DNA of 60,744 nt, from contig JAGVWA010000007.1 in the NCBI GenBank assembly GCA_018304505.1, positions 1-60,744 of the forward strand, in the 5' to 3' direction. The position numbers and the translations under genes are program-made. Below, in pieces: positions 11,601 to 20,871 of the stretch; the first letter of the stretch is position 1, and every line of letters begins with the position of its first letter. Origin of the DNA: Nanobdellati archaeon. Its GTDB lineage: Archaea > B1Sed10-29 > JAGVWA01. The notes under the pieces are model-generated. The model did no database searches and had not been told where the DNA came from. It was given only the letters and a program-made list of their open reading frames with translations.

Positions 11601-12466
11601 TCAACTATATTGAAGAGATAGGGTATGATGGACCTGTTTTTGATTTAACAGTAAGTCCACTAAACCCAAATTTTGTGGCAGCTAATGGTGTAGTAGTACA
11701 TAATTCTACCAGAGCAGGTATCATTCAAAAATTAATGGAGCGCGGTTACATAGAGGGCAAGCAAAACTACACGGTGAGTAACGTTGGCTCATCACTCACA
11801 GATACGCTGCAGGAGTACGCGGGGGAACTGTCATTACCAAAGTTCACTGCAGAGCTGGAGCAAGAAATGGATAAAATCGAGCAGGGGCAGAAGACAAAAG
11901 ATGAAGTTGTACAGGAATCAAGGCAAATGCTTCGCCACATCTTAAAGCATCTGAAAGAAAACGAGGAAAAGATTAGGGAGAAAATGCGAGGAGCCAAGTT
12001 TGAGGACAACGTCCTTGGAGTGTGCCCAAAATGCGCATCTAACTTAATCATGATCAGGACCCGCAGGGGCACACGTTTTGTCGGTTGTACAGGCTACCAG
12101 GAAAAAGGCTGTGACGTGTCATTTCCATTGCCGGCTAAGGGCTTCATAACCAACCTGCACAAGGACTGCCCGGATTGCAGCCTGCCCGTGATTTCAGTCC
12201 GCTACGCGGGTAGGCGGCCATTTAACATGTGCATCAACCACAAATGTGTCAGCAAGGCAGACTGGGGCAAAAACAAAAAAACAGAAACAGAAAAAGAACA
12301 GAACAAGGACGGCTCAGGTAGCAAAACACCCGCGAAAAAAGCCACAAAGAAAGCACCTGCGAGGAAAGCACTTGCAAAGAAAACAACAGCCAAAAAAGCA
12401 ACAAAGCGCCCAACATCGAAAAAGAGCCCAACGCCGAAGAAGCAGGCTGCAGTGCCAAACGAATGA
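8642..12466 (+). CDS. topA: DNA topoisomerase IA containing an intein, with C-terminal Zn ribbons and a Lys/Ala-rich tail
   Basis: IAEKP, ATDYDREGE (TOPRIM), GRVQTPTL, catalytic SYPRTD; GLGTK/STR split by an intein; CPKC..C and CPDC..C ribbons. Confidence 0.95.
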   Translation: MQLIIAEKPIAAKRIADLLGENKQVDKNKVPCYELSDSIVVPLKGHVLNVDFPKEYNNWQNTELEKLIDAELVYEPTHNAIVKTVSDYAKKADSLVIATDYDREGESIGNEAVNIAKNVNNSIQVKRAKFSALTKQEIDDAFSKLSEFDHNLADSADARREIDLIWGAALSRYISITSGRLGKNFLSVGRVQTPTLAMCNEREKEIKNFKPEPYSEVILGCEKNSKPFTAIYKEEKLFDKQKAQELMKLKADTAIVKEIKEATITNHAPTPFNTTEFLRAASNIGILPSRALSIAESLYMQGYMSYPRTDNTHYPESLDLTGILDKIATIKQFQYLVEKIKKENPKLVATKGKKKATDHPPIHPVEAAKQEKLDPADWKIYELVVRRFLSTFAKDAETKTTKVTLDYANEEFIARGKETAKLGWREFYPYSKIEEVKLPGLEKGDVIKASGLEKTEKETKPKPRYTPANLIKIMDDEGLGTKCLSEDAKIIILGANGEELRGIGDVFNFSQDILVDSGLELALNAGVRCKSKKGDKIEPADFAFISRRPLQDSEQMLRVVFSDGTCLSSTKDHPFCIYDGGNILYKELSQLGQGSKVVSSIKMPLISTEKIALEIGDIKLEDKVYVSGCISNRVKDLREKQKLSQHAFAAMHGMDQSSVSNLENGYGKMNVVTAKRLGIDFSEVTDLNGRFVLKDIFPMYYDSRLVRILAQLKGDGSLDEEKLRKENCYDVRYHNTDLNLLNQFVQDVCDLFGINLKIINLGRKHPHHKTRYYIKVPALLGRLLYKITDKGILNEIPPSLYVYYIGGMFDDEGWAGISESKLFISNTDHGLLRDLQIMLATLGIKSSIDLKQHKLHVRSRKDLMRFLRQVPFIKVAKKQRLSTVLNEKYNYSKNKSVNMVLKQVLSFISLKGEATAREIADELKISRVTSIKKINELLSEGLISKKVYGNNKDVQRVIKYACNENNGNIYSLIGETIITPDLATKTINYIEEIGYDGPVFDLTVSPLNPNFVAANGVVVHNSTRAGIIQKLMERGYIEGKQNYTVSNVGSSLTDTLQEYAGELSLPKFTAELEQEMDKIEQGQKTKDEVVQESRQMLRHILKHLKENEEKIREKMRGAKFEDNVLGVCPKCASNLIMIRTRRGTRFVGCTGYQEKGCDVSFPLPAKGFITNLHKDCPDCSLPVISVRYAGRRPFNMCINHKCVSKADWGKNKKTETEKEQNKDGSGSKTPAKKATKKAPARKALAKKTTAKKATKRPTSKKSPTPKKQAAVPNE
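10088..11704 (+). mobile_element. Intein (539 aa) with LAGLIDADG homing endonuclease and extra HTH domains
   Basis: Begins CLSED, block B TKDHPF, ends VVVHN followed by Ser. LAGLIDADG-like ILAQLKGDG and YIGGMFDDEG. Visibly more AT-rich than the host gene. Confidence 0.93.
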
Positions 12467-12495
12467 TTTAATACTACTTGCGCATTTGTAAACCC

Positions 12496-14385
12496 ATGAA
12501 AGGCCAGGGCGCGCTCGAATACCTGATTTTGCTTGCAGGGGTCCTTGCAGTAGCAGGGCTTGCCGTACTCTTTTTAACAAGCACTGCACAGACTGCCGCC
12601 GGGTCGCAAGTCAGGGCGCTGTGCAACATTGCAAAGCAGGAATGCAACAGCGCGCGTCTAGTTACGCCGCTTCTCGATTGCAGGAACCTATGCCAGCAGA
12701 GATGCACAGACCCGCGCACGGGGGTAGAGCCAGAGAATAACCTGATAGCGTGGTGCAACGGCGAGGTCGGCATTGAGCAGGTGGGCGCGGCGCTCACCGA
12801 GGGTTCTGAAGAACCGCTAGGCATGGTTGATGGAAACGGCATTGAAATGGTTTTTGTACTAGCCGACATAGACGATGACGGGGTGGAAGAGCGCGTAGAG
12901 GACAAGCGTAATCTTATCAACAACACTTATTTTGACGGCTATGAAACGTACATTGATAACGACGGCAGTTCGAGGGTATCAAGATACGTTGACGGTGATG
13001 GTGACGGCTTAATAGACCTTCTGATAGACACAGACCTCGATGATTGGATGACTCCGGAAATTTACTGGGACCCGGATGACAATATAATTACTCAAGTTAC
13101 AAAGCAAGATGAAAACAATTATTTAATAGATACCGATAATGATGGAAACCCAGACAGGATTTTCACATTCGGCAAGGTTAAATATGATACACGGAGGATG
13201 GGTTTTTTAGATCTTTTTTTCACAGAAGATCAAGATAGGTACCTTAAAACATGTGAAAGTATCCCAAATACTGATCCGTTAACATGTGCAAAAGAGGCAA
13301 CACTATGGTTTTCCCGCATTGGGGGAAACACCATTCTTTTTGAACCCTTTGACCTTGACATTCGTGATGATCCTAAAATAAAAATGGGGGTTTGGACAGG
13401 CGATTTCAATGTTGTGGAAAAAACAAAGAATAAAGAACAAATAAAAGAATACGTTGATTATGCACATTCTCTTGGGTTAGAAGTGTGGATAATCATGAGG
13501 GCTTTCGAAAATTCATACTGGCTGAAATCTCATCCTGAAGACAAGGAGCAGACATATTGGGAGAGAATTCAAGACCCTGCATTTGAAAGCCTAACGCAAC
13601 AGCAGCAGCAATTAGTTGAACCTGCTGATTTCGTGACGCCTGGTAGCGATGAGTATTGGGATGAAATGAAACGTAGGATCCAAATTCTTTTCACGGACTT
13701 TGAATTCGATGGCCTGCGCTATGATTATATAAGGTATCCATATTATCACTTGCCGGGCTTGAGGGGAGAACTCTATGACGTGGGCTACAATCAGAAGGTC
13801 ATTGACAAGTACATTTCTGAATTCGCAGATGAACCAGAGGAACACAATCCACTTACCAGCTCGGCTGAAAGGACATCTGGTTCATGGGTCCAATTCAGGA
13901 GACGCCTCGTCGGCGATCGCGTAGCTGAGATGACGCAACTGGTTGAGCAAATAACCAGCGACAGGGTCACGAGCGAAAAAACCAAAACCAATGCATACGT
14001 TCATATAAGAACCCAGTTCTTCCCGTCCCCGATGTATATCTCAACATGGGGTGTCGAAAGCATGGACCAGGACATCAATGGCCACTGGTCCACTCCGTTT
14101 ATTCCATTCTACAGCGAGAACATTCTTTATCAGCAGGGCGGCACTGCGAAAAACAGGTACATTGACATGCAGGGCATTAACGATGAGTGCAAAACATCAA
14201 GAGCGGCGTGCCCAGCAGAATTCCATAGCGGCTTCATTGAGTACCTGCTGCCGCAAACATGGGACGACCCGGGAATTGAATTGTATGAATGGGGTAGGGT
14301 ACAGGCGCCAGGAACTGACGAGTTTAATGCCATCGCACGAAACATACTCCCGTTTCGGGAAGTGCTTGAAGATTATGGCGTATAG
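12496..14385 (+). CDS. Class III signal-peptide (pilin-like) protein with Cys-rich module, DxDxDG repeats and glycoside hydrolase-like (GHL10/DUF187-type) domain
   Basis: MKGQGALEYLILL start; DIDDDG, DGDGDG, DTDNDG; YAHSLGLEVW and FDGLRYDYIRYP. Confidence 0.7.
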   Translation: MKGQGALEYLILLAGVLAVAGLAVLFLTSTAQTAAGSQVRALCNIAKQECNSARLVTPLLDCRNLCQQRCTDPRTGVEPENNLIAWCNGEVGIEQVGAALTEGSEEPLGMVDGNGIEMVFVLADIDDDGVEERVEDKRNLINNTYFDGYETYIDNDGSSRVSRYVDGDGDGLIDLLIDTDLDDWMTPEIYWDPDDNIITQVTKQDENNYLIDTDNDGNPDRIFTFGKVKYDTRRMGFLDLFFTEDQDRYLKTCESIPNTDPLTCAKEATLWFSRIGGNTILFEPFDLDIRDDPKIKMGVWTGDFNVVEKTKNKEQIKEYVDYAHSLGLEVWIIMRAFENSYWLKSHPEDKEQTYWERIQDPAFESLTQQQQQLVEPADFVTPGSDEYWDEMKRRIQILFTDFEFDGLRYDYIRYPYYHLPGLRGELYDVGYNQKVIDKYISEFADEPEEHNPLTSSAERTSGSWVQFRRRLVGDRVAEMTQLVEQITSDRVTSEKTKTNAYVHIRTQFFPSPMYISTWGVESMDQDINGHWSTPFIPFYSENILYQQGGTAKNRYIDMQGINDECKTSRAACPAEFHSGFIEYLLPQTWDDPGIELYEWGRVQAPGTDEFNAIARNILPFREVLEDYGV

Positions 14386-14449
14386 TGCGTCATCGTGGCG
14401 TGTGGCATGCATGAATACGTTTAAAAATCACAAAAAGCAAAAACAAGTT

Positions 14450-15091
14450 ATGAAGTACAAGGCAATAGTTTTCGACATGGACGGCGTGCTGGTTGACGAA
14501 AGGTCATCTTGGATGAAAGCGCACAGGTATTTCGGTGTATGCAATGACAATAATTGGGACGCGTTTAACAACGGCCAGATAGATTATGACGAATTCATGA
14601 GGCGGGACATAGGCCTATGGACGAAAAATCAAAAGCCTGTGCACCTGAGTCAAATTCACAGGGCCCTTATGCCGGTGAAGTACATACAGGGCGCTGAAGA
14701 AACCGTGTCGCGGCTTGCAAGGAACTACGGGCTGTGCATTGTAAGCGGAGGCATCGACTTGATGGCCAACCATGTTGGAATGCAACTTGGTATCGCAACT
14801 GTCTACGCAAACGGTATTGAGGCAGACGAAAAAGGCTACATAACCGGCGAAGGGATTTCGCGCGTACAGCTTTACAAAAAAGAGCGGGTGCTGCATGACT
14901 ACTGCGAAAGAAACCAAATATCGCCTGAAGAAACGATAGCGGTCGCGGACAGCCGATACGACAAGGAAATCCTAGAAGCCGCAGGCCTCGGAATCGCGTT
15001 CAACCCCCACGATGACGAAATAAGAAAAGCAGCAGACATAGTTGTGGAATCAAACAACCTCAAGGATCTTTTAAAGCACGTGAAGTGTTGA
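14450..15091 (+). CDS. HAD-superfamily phosphatase (phosphoserine phosphatase-like, subfamily IB)
   Basis: FDMDGVL, VSGG, K, (A)DSRYD, AGLGIAFNP. Start set at ATG 14450. Confidence 0.88.
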   Translation: MKYKAIVFDMDGVLVDERSSWMKAHRYFGVCNDNNWDAFNNGQIDYDEFMRRDIGLWTKNQKPVHLSQIHRALMPVKYIQGAEETVSRLARNYGLCIVSGGIDLMANHVGMQLGIATVYANGIEADEKGYITGEGISRVQLYKKERVLHDYCERNQISPEETIAVADSRYDKEILEAAGLGIAFNPHDDEIRKAADIVVESNNLKDLLKHVKC

Positions 15092-15094
15092 CAA

Positions 15095-15886
15095 ATGAAA
15101 ATAAAACTCGACCCCAAGAAATCGGCGCAGGAAAACGCGGCCATGTATTACGAAAAAGCGAAGAAGATCAAGGCCAAAATTCCCGGGTTGGAGACGGCAA
15201 TCGAGCAGACAAAAGCGCAGCTGGAAAAGGAAAGGCAAAGGCACGCAGCGAAGCTTGAGGAGAAGCCCGAAAAGCGCATCGAGAGAAAAAAAGAATGGTA
15301 CGAGAACTTTCATTATTTTTTCACAAGCCGCGGCAAGCTGGTTATCGGCGGCAAGGAAGCGAAACAAAACCAGCTCGTTGTCAAGACACACATGGAACCT
15401 CAGGACCTATACTTACACGCAGACGTCACAGGCGCGTCATCAATGGTGATGAAGCAGGGGCAGCAAGCATCGCAAGATGAGAAACAAGAAGCCGCAACCT
15501 TTGCAGCCTCGTTCTCGAGGGCGTGGCAAAACCAGAGAGGGGCCGCAGACGTGTTTTTCGTAAAACCCGGGCAGGTAAAGACTGCGGCCAAGGCCGGAGA
15601 ATATTTGGCGAAGGGCGCCTTCGTAATCAGGGGCGACAGGGAATACTTCAGCAAAACAGAACTCCGCTTGGCGATTTCCTATGTTGGCGACAAACTTGTC
15701 ATTGCGCCCGAAAACGCTATAAAGAAGCACACTTCAGCATACCTTATCATCACGCCAGGGGATGGGACAAAGAATGACGCTGCTAAGCTCATTTTCAAGA
15801 AACTCAAGGAAATGTTTCCGCAGGCCCAGTTCGACATCGACTGGCTGCTGCAGCTGCTCCCGAACGGCGGAAGCTATATAAAATAG
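15095..15886 (+). CDS. NFACT RNA-binding (DUF814) domain protein, short Rqc2/FbpA-like
   Basis: LDPKKSAQENAAMYYEKAKK, WYENFHYFFTS, LHADVTGAS, GEYLAKGAFVIRG. Confidence 0.85.
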   Translation: MKIKLDPKKSAQENAAMYYEKAKKIKAKIPGLETAIEQTKAQLEKERQRHAAKLEEKPEKRIERKKEWYENFHYFFTSRGKLVIGGKEAKQNQLVVKTHMEPQDLYLHADVTGASSMVMKQGQQASQDEKQEAATFAASFSRAWQNQRGAADVFFVKPGQVKTAAKAGEYLAKGAFVIRGDREYFSKTELRLAISYVGDKLVIAPENAIKKHTSAYLIITPGDGTKNDAAKLIFKKLKEMFPQAQFDIDWLLQLLPNGGSYIK

Positions 15887-15930
15887 GTTAGTCTAATAAG
15901 GTCAAAGCGGAAGAAATTTGAGCTGAAGAA

Positions 15931-17241
15931 ATGGACATAAAAAACATCCTTATTGGGCTGGCCGCAGCGCCGACAATCGCGGTTGCTGGTGCCCTCGTAA
16001 ACGAGGCGATAACAGGGACTTTCTTCGACACGGCCACATTCCTGATCGCCATCTTGTTCGGTATTGTTATCGCGGTGGCACTCATTATCGGCTACCCGAA
16101 GACCCAAAAGACGAAGCAGCCAAAGCAATTCTCGAAATTCATTGCAGGCGCAATCGTTTTTGGTTTCATACTAATTCCGTACATGCAGTTCTTTGTAGGC
16201 CAGATCAACATCTTCTTCGTTGATCCGCCAGAGTTTAGGCCAAGCGTTGACGTGCCGCAAATCAGGGTGCAGATCGACTCTATTGACATGACAAATGACC
16301 AAGGCCAGGCAGTGAACGTGTTGCCGCAGACCCAAGTGCACACGTTAGTTCCGGGTGGCAACAAGGTCAACATAGGGGCGCTCAACATTCCTGCTGGCAA
16401 CTATAACAAAATCGGCGTGAGGATAGGAATAATCGAGGTGGACATAAACATTGACACAAACATCGAGGCAGACCTAATTTACAATGACGTCAAGGAGCTC
16501 TTGCCGCCACAGGCAACTGCTGACATTGTCAAGCCGATCATAAAGGACCGAACAAAGGCCATGTTCGAGTCTGGAACCATCGTGCAAATGATACAACAGC
16601 AAGCTGGGGGAATGGCAAGCGTCAAAAAATCAGCAGTTGTCGGAGACGTGGTGCAAATGACACTCGCGTTGAACGCTCCGCTTATCGAATTCCCAGTCAT
16701 GATTCCATACCCTGTAGGCAGAGGCGGCCCCGACATTGTTTTTGACGTTGTCTTAAATGAGATCGGATTCCCGACAGACATAAAACCCCAGATAACATTG
16801 CCCCCAGGAGCGCCTGAAATCCCACTGCCGGACATAATGAGCTATGTAAGGCAAGGCATGCAGCCGCCGACGCAAATCGGGCCAAGCAAGGAGCAAATAC
16901 TTCAATACTTCAGCGAGGGCTCGGCGCAGGCTGAAGAAATAAAGCGGCAGGCAATTGCCAGCGCGACACAACAAGCATTGGCACAGGGCGCAACGCAAGA
17001 ACAGATAGATCAAGTACTTGCAGCATGCAGTGACGTTCCAGATCCGGCGTCATGCGCGCAATCATATATCACTGGATTTATTCCAGAAGGCGCGGATGCT
17101 GAAGCAGCAGCTGCCGGGGCAGAACAAGCAGCCGCAGGTGCACAGGCGCAGGCAATCGGCGAGGCCCAAAAAATCGCAGCAGTGACAGCAGCTTGCCAGT
17201 CTGCCCCCGATCCAGAAGCGTGCATCCAGCAGAGCGTATAG
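15931..17241 (+). CDS. Membrane protein with extracellular domain (possibly DUF4382-like) and duplicated C-terminal AAC..PDP..C motif
   Basis: Three N-terminal hydrophobic helices; IPAGNYNKIGVRI; AACSDVPDPASC and AACQSAPDPEAC. Confidence 0.6.
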   Translation: MDIKNILIGLAAAPTIAVAGALVNEAITGTFFDTATFLIAILFGIVIAVALIIGYPKTQKTKQPKQFSKFIAGAIVFGFILIPYMQFFVGQINIFFVDPPEFRPSVDVPQIRVQIDSIDMTNDQGQAVNVLPQTQVHTLVPGGNKVNIGALNIPAGNYNKIGVRIGIIEVDINIDTNIEADLIYNDVKELLPPQATADIVKPIIKDRTKAMFESGTIVQMIQQQAGGMASVKKSAVVGDVVQMTLALNAPLIEFPVMIPYPVGRGGPDIVFDVVLNEIGFPTDIKPQITLPPGAPEIPLPDIMSYVRQGMQPPTQIGPSKEQILQYFSEGSAQAEEIKRQAIASATQQALAQGATQEQIDQVLAACSDVPDPASCAQSYITGFIPEGADAEAAAAGAEQAAAGAQAQAIGEAQKIAAVTAACQSAPDPEACIQQSV

Positions 17242-17275
17242 CAGGGTTTAAAGCAGGAGCTTATAAAGGAAGGCT

Positions 17276-17896
17276 TTAATGCGGGCAGTCGCATGAAAAC
17301 AGCTTAGGGTCCTTCTCGTTCTTCGGTAGAGTGACATGCGCACCGTCTGCGTTGATGTGTGGCTCTGCACACACAAAAATCTCGCGCTTGCCGCGCAGCA
17401 GGCCAATTATGTTTTTTTCCATAGGGTAAACCGCATTCAGTATCTCTGCAGCTTCCAGGTCATCAAACACAATTAAGTAAGTAGGAATCGGAATCGCGCC
17501 GCCTTGCCCAAGTAGAATTTCTTCGGCGTTGTGGTACTCTGCCCTATGCGTTTTCCCTTTCACAGTGAGGATGAACTTCAACGTGTACTCGTACTCTTCT
17601 ATAATAGGGATCTGCGGCATTTGCTTCTGTGGCTTATAAGAATAAAATTCGTGGAATCCCTCGGAGTCAGCGGGCGCATTGGGCATTGGCCATGGCTTCA
17701 TGGAAACCTTTATTTCGTAGTCTTCCAAAACCGCTGGCAGGTAGAGGAACTCAAGGACATGCAGGGCTTCGTTGGGTGAGAAAACCTCCAAGTAAACCTT
17801 GTCGTTTTCCTTTTTGGCAAAGAATGTCCTCCAAACTTCCGCGGGCCGCCCACCTATCGATATTCTTGCATTATCTGTTTCAATGAACCTTGCCAT
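17276..17896 (-). CDS. Hypothetical protein downstream of radB
   Basis: 206-aa ORF 9 nt after the radB stop, same strand. Confidence 0.6.
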   Translation of the reverse strand: MARFIETDNARISIGGRPAEVWRTFFAKKENDKVYLEVFSPNEALHVLEFLYLPAVLEDYEIKVSMKPWPMPNAPADSEGFHEFYSYKPQKQMPQIPIIEEYEYTLKFILTVKGKTHRAEYHNAEEILLGQGGAIPIPTYLIVFDDLEAAEILNAVYPMEKNIIGLLRGKREIFVCAEPHINADGAHVTLPKNEKDPKLFSCDCPH

Positions 17897-17905
17897 AATT
17901 CATCA

Positions 17906-18556
17906 CTATTGGATCCCTTTTTCGACAATCGTGAATAAGGCCTCATCGTCCTCTTTTTTGCATATGTGCTTTTTAATCCGGGCCTTCCGCATTCCAGGCC
18001 CGTGTTTTTGCAGCTCAAGAATCACCTTGGAATTGTAGCGCAGGATGTCGCCGCCGACGCTTTCCGTGCTGCCGGTATTGATGTCCGTGTAAACCTGGTT
18101 CGTAATGAGCACGGGTATGTTGCTCTTGCGCGCAATCGCCAAGAGCGATGAGAGCTGCCTCCCAAGTTCGCGGTTTGTCTCCTGGTATTTTTCCTGGCTC
18201 AGCTCAAGCCGGTAGAGGGCGGCCATGGAATCGACTATTATCAGCGACGCACCCTGGATTTCCTTGATTTTGTCTATGCACCTTGACTGCTCCTCGAAAT
18301 TCGTGGGCTCAAAGAGGAGCGTGTTTGCCACCACCTTGTCGAAATCGCTACCAGCAATCTGCTTCAGCCGCTTCTCGGAAAACCCGCCTTCGGTGTCGAT
18401 GAACACGACTTTCTTTTTTGCCGCAACTTTCGATAGCGTGTGCAGGCAAATGTTAGTCTTTCCAGTGCCGCTCGGGCCATAGAACTGAGAGATAACTTTA
18501 TTAGGCAGTTCGCCCCCAATGAGCTCATCAATGGGTTTGCAACCAATTTGGATCAT
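17906..18556 (-). CDS. radB: DNA repair and recombination protein RadB
   Basis: GPSGTGKT, FIDTEGGFS, LITNQVY, GGDIL, C-terminal basic KKH patch; lacks the RadA N-domain. Confidence 0.92.
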   Translation of the reverse strand: MIQIGCKPIDELIGGELPNKVISQFYGPSGTGKTNICLHTLSKVAAKKKVVFIDTEGGFSEKRLKQIAGSDFDKVVANTLLFEPTNFEEQSRCIDKIKEIQGASLIIVDSMAALYRLELSQEKYQETNRELGRQLSSLLAIARKSNIPVLITNQVYTDINTGSTESVGGDILRYNSKVILELQKHGPGMRKARIKKHICKKEDDEALFTIVEKGIQ

Positions 18557-18616
18557 AAAAACCTATATATTTGTGAAACTTCTACTATATTATAACTCTT
18601 TTTTGGGGTTGATGCA

Positions 18617-20761
18617 ATGGTTAGGCTAACAGTATCGGAAGCACGACATGAGGACGTTGGCAGACAGAGGATACGGCTCGACGACAAGGTGAGAAAACAG
18701 CTTGACCTCGGGGCTGGCGATATAGTTCAGATTGTGGGCAAAAAGACCACCACTGCGAAGGTATGGCCGCTTTACGGCGAGGAAGAGGGCATAGTTAGCA
18801 TGGGGCCTCTCATAAGGCAGAACGCTGGCGTTGCCATCGGTGACCACGTTGAGGTAACCAAGGCAGACAAGGTTGCCATGGCCAAGAAAATCGTTTTCGC
18901 GCCAGTCCCAAATCCCATGCGATTTAGAGAGGATATATGGGAACTTGCAAAGAACCAGATCCTCGATACTCCTGTGGTACAGGGTGACATCATTTCAGTA
19001 CCAGGGTTTGGGGCCCAATTGTATTTCAAGGCAGTCAAGGTCGCGCCCCACGGCGTTGTTTTGATAAAGCGCGAGACCAAAGTGGAGTTCAGGGAAGAGC
19101 CGCCGAAGGACTACGAAGCAGTGGGCCTCATCTCATATGAGGACATTGGGGGCCTTGGGGACCAAGTTAAGAAGATACGGGAAATAATCGAGCTTCCATT
19201 ACGTCATCCGGAGCTGTTCCAAAAACTTGGAATCGACGCGCCAAAGGGCGTTTTGCTGCACGGCCCCCCGGGCACGGGAAAAACGCTGTTGGCAAAGGCC
19301 GTGGCATCGGAGAGCGACGCGAACTTCTTCAGCATCCAGGGTCCTGAGATTATTTCAAAATTCGTCGGCGAGGCAGAAGAGCGCCTGCGAAGAATCTTTA
19401 TCGAGTCAGAGGAGAAAGCCCCGAGCATTATTTTTATAGATGAGATCGACGCCATTGCACCAAAGCGGGAAGAGGTTGTTGGGGAAGTCGAAAAGCGCGT
19501 AGTAGCGCAACTGTTGACGCTGATGGACGGCTTAAAATCAAGAGGCCGCGTAGTTGTCATTGCTGCAACCAACAGGCCCAATGCCGTTGATCCTGCACTC
19601 AGGAGGCCCGGGAGATTTGACAGGGAAATTGAACTTGGGGTTCCTGACAAGAAAGGCAGGAAGGACATCCTGCAGATCCATACGCGCAACATGCCGCTTG
19701 AGAAGGACGTTGACCTTGCAGATTTTGCAGCCATAACCCACGGTTACGTTGGCGCGGACATCGCAGCGCTTGCGCGTGAAGCAGCAATGAAAACCCTGCG
19801 CAGGATTCTTCCGGAGATAAATCTTGAGGAGGATGACATTCCAATAGAGGTTCTGCAGAACCTCAAGGTCACGAAAAAGGATTTCACGGACGCACTAAAA
19901 GAAGTGAGCCCAAGTGCCCTTAGGGAGGTCTTTGTGGAATCGCCGAATGTGAAATGGGATGACATCGGCGGTCTTGAAGAGGCCAAAAAGGAGTTAAAGG
20001 AAGCAATCGAGTGGCCGCTTAAGTATCCTGAGATGTTCAGGCGCATGGGCATCAAGCCCCCGCGGGGCATCATGTTGTTCGGGCCTCCGGGAACAGGAAA
20101 AACGCTGCTTGCAAAGGCTGTGGCTACAGAGGCAGAGGCGAACTTCATCGCAGTTCGCGGGCCAGAACTTTTGAGTAAGTGGGTGGGGGAAAGCGAAAAG
20201 GGAATCCGCGAAACCTTCAGGAAGGCCAGAACCGCAGCGCCGTGCATCATTTTCTTCGACGAAATTGATTCAATCGCTCCTCGGCGTGGCGGTGATGGGG
20301 GAACCCACGTGCTAGAAACCATGGTAAACCAGTTGCTGACAGAACTCGACGGCCTAGATGAATTGAAGGACGTTATCGTAGTCGCTGCCACCAACAGGCC
20401 AGACATCGTAGACCCTGCTCTCTTGAGGCCAGGTAGATTCGATAGGATGATACAAATCAACGCGCCGGATCAGGAAACTAGGCTGCAAATACTGAAGGTG
20501 CACACCGTCGGCGTGCCGCTTGAAAAATCAGTTGACCTGAAGCAACTTGCAGAGAAGACCAAGGGCTACTCTGGCGCGGACTTGCAGGCAGTAGTTCGGG
20601 AAGCAGTCATGTCTGCACTGCGCGAAAACAAGCAAGCGAAAATAGTGGCGCAAAAGTACGTCGATGCGGCGCTCGATTTAGTCAAGCCGAGCATCGAAGA
20701 AAAAGTCGTCGAGCACTATCAGAAGTTCAAGGAAGAATACAAGGGCGTCGAGTTTAGGTAA
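18617..20761 (+). CDS. cdc48: AAA ATPase, CDC48/VCP family
   Basis: N-domain plus two AAA modules (GPPGTGKT twice, [14 protein letters not shown]). Confidence 0.97.
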   Translation: MVRLTVSEARHEDVGRQRIRLDDKVRKQLDLGAGDIVQIVGKKTTTAKVWPLYGEEEGIVSMGPLIRQNAGVAIGDHVEVTKADKVAMAKKIVFAPVPNPMRFREDIWELAKNQILDTPVVQGDIISVPGFGAQLYFKAVKVAPHGVVLIKRETKVEFREEPPKDYEAVGLISYEDIGGLGDQVKKIREIIELPLRHPELFQKLGIDAPKGVLLHGPPGTGKTLLAKAVASESDANFFSIQGPEIISKFVGEAEERLRRIFIESEEKAPSIIFIDEIDAIAPKREEVVGEVEKRVVAQLLTLMDGLKSRGRVVVIAATNRPNAVDPALRRPGRFDREIELGVPDKKGRKDILQIHTRNMPLEKDVDLADFAAITHGYVGADIAALAREAAMKTLRRILPEINLEEDDIPIEVLQNLKVTKKDFTDALKEVSPSALREVFVESPNVKWDDIGGLEEAKKELKEAIEWPLKYPEMFRRMGIKPPRGIMLFGPPGTGKTLLAKAVATEAEANFIAVRGPELLSKWVGESEKGIRETFRKARTAAPCIIFFDEIDSIAPRRGGDGGTHVLETMVNQLLTELDGLDELKDVIVVAATNRPDIVDPALLRPGRFDRMIQINAPDQETRLQILKVHTVGVPLEKSVDLKQLAEKTKGYSGADLQAVVREAVMSALRENKQAKIVAQKYVDAALDLVKPSIEEKVVEHYQKFKEEYKGVEFR

Positions 20762-20871
20762 CGCCACGGCGACATTGAGCCCGGCTGCGATGGCAGTGTA
20801 TAATTCCCTAGTTTCTCGGAAAGCCACTTGCTCGAATTCTTTAATAACTACGAACTCCCGAAATAATAAAT

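Noticed and set aside
14051-14449. N-terminal extension of the HAD ORF
   Set aside because: Overlaps the upstream gene; the HAD motif I begins right after ATG 14450
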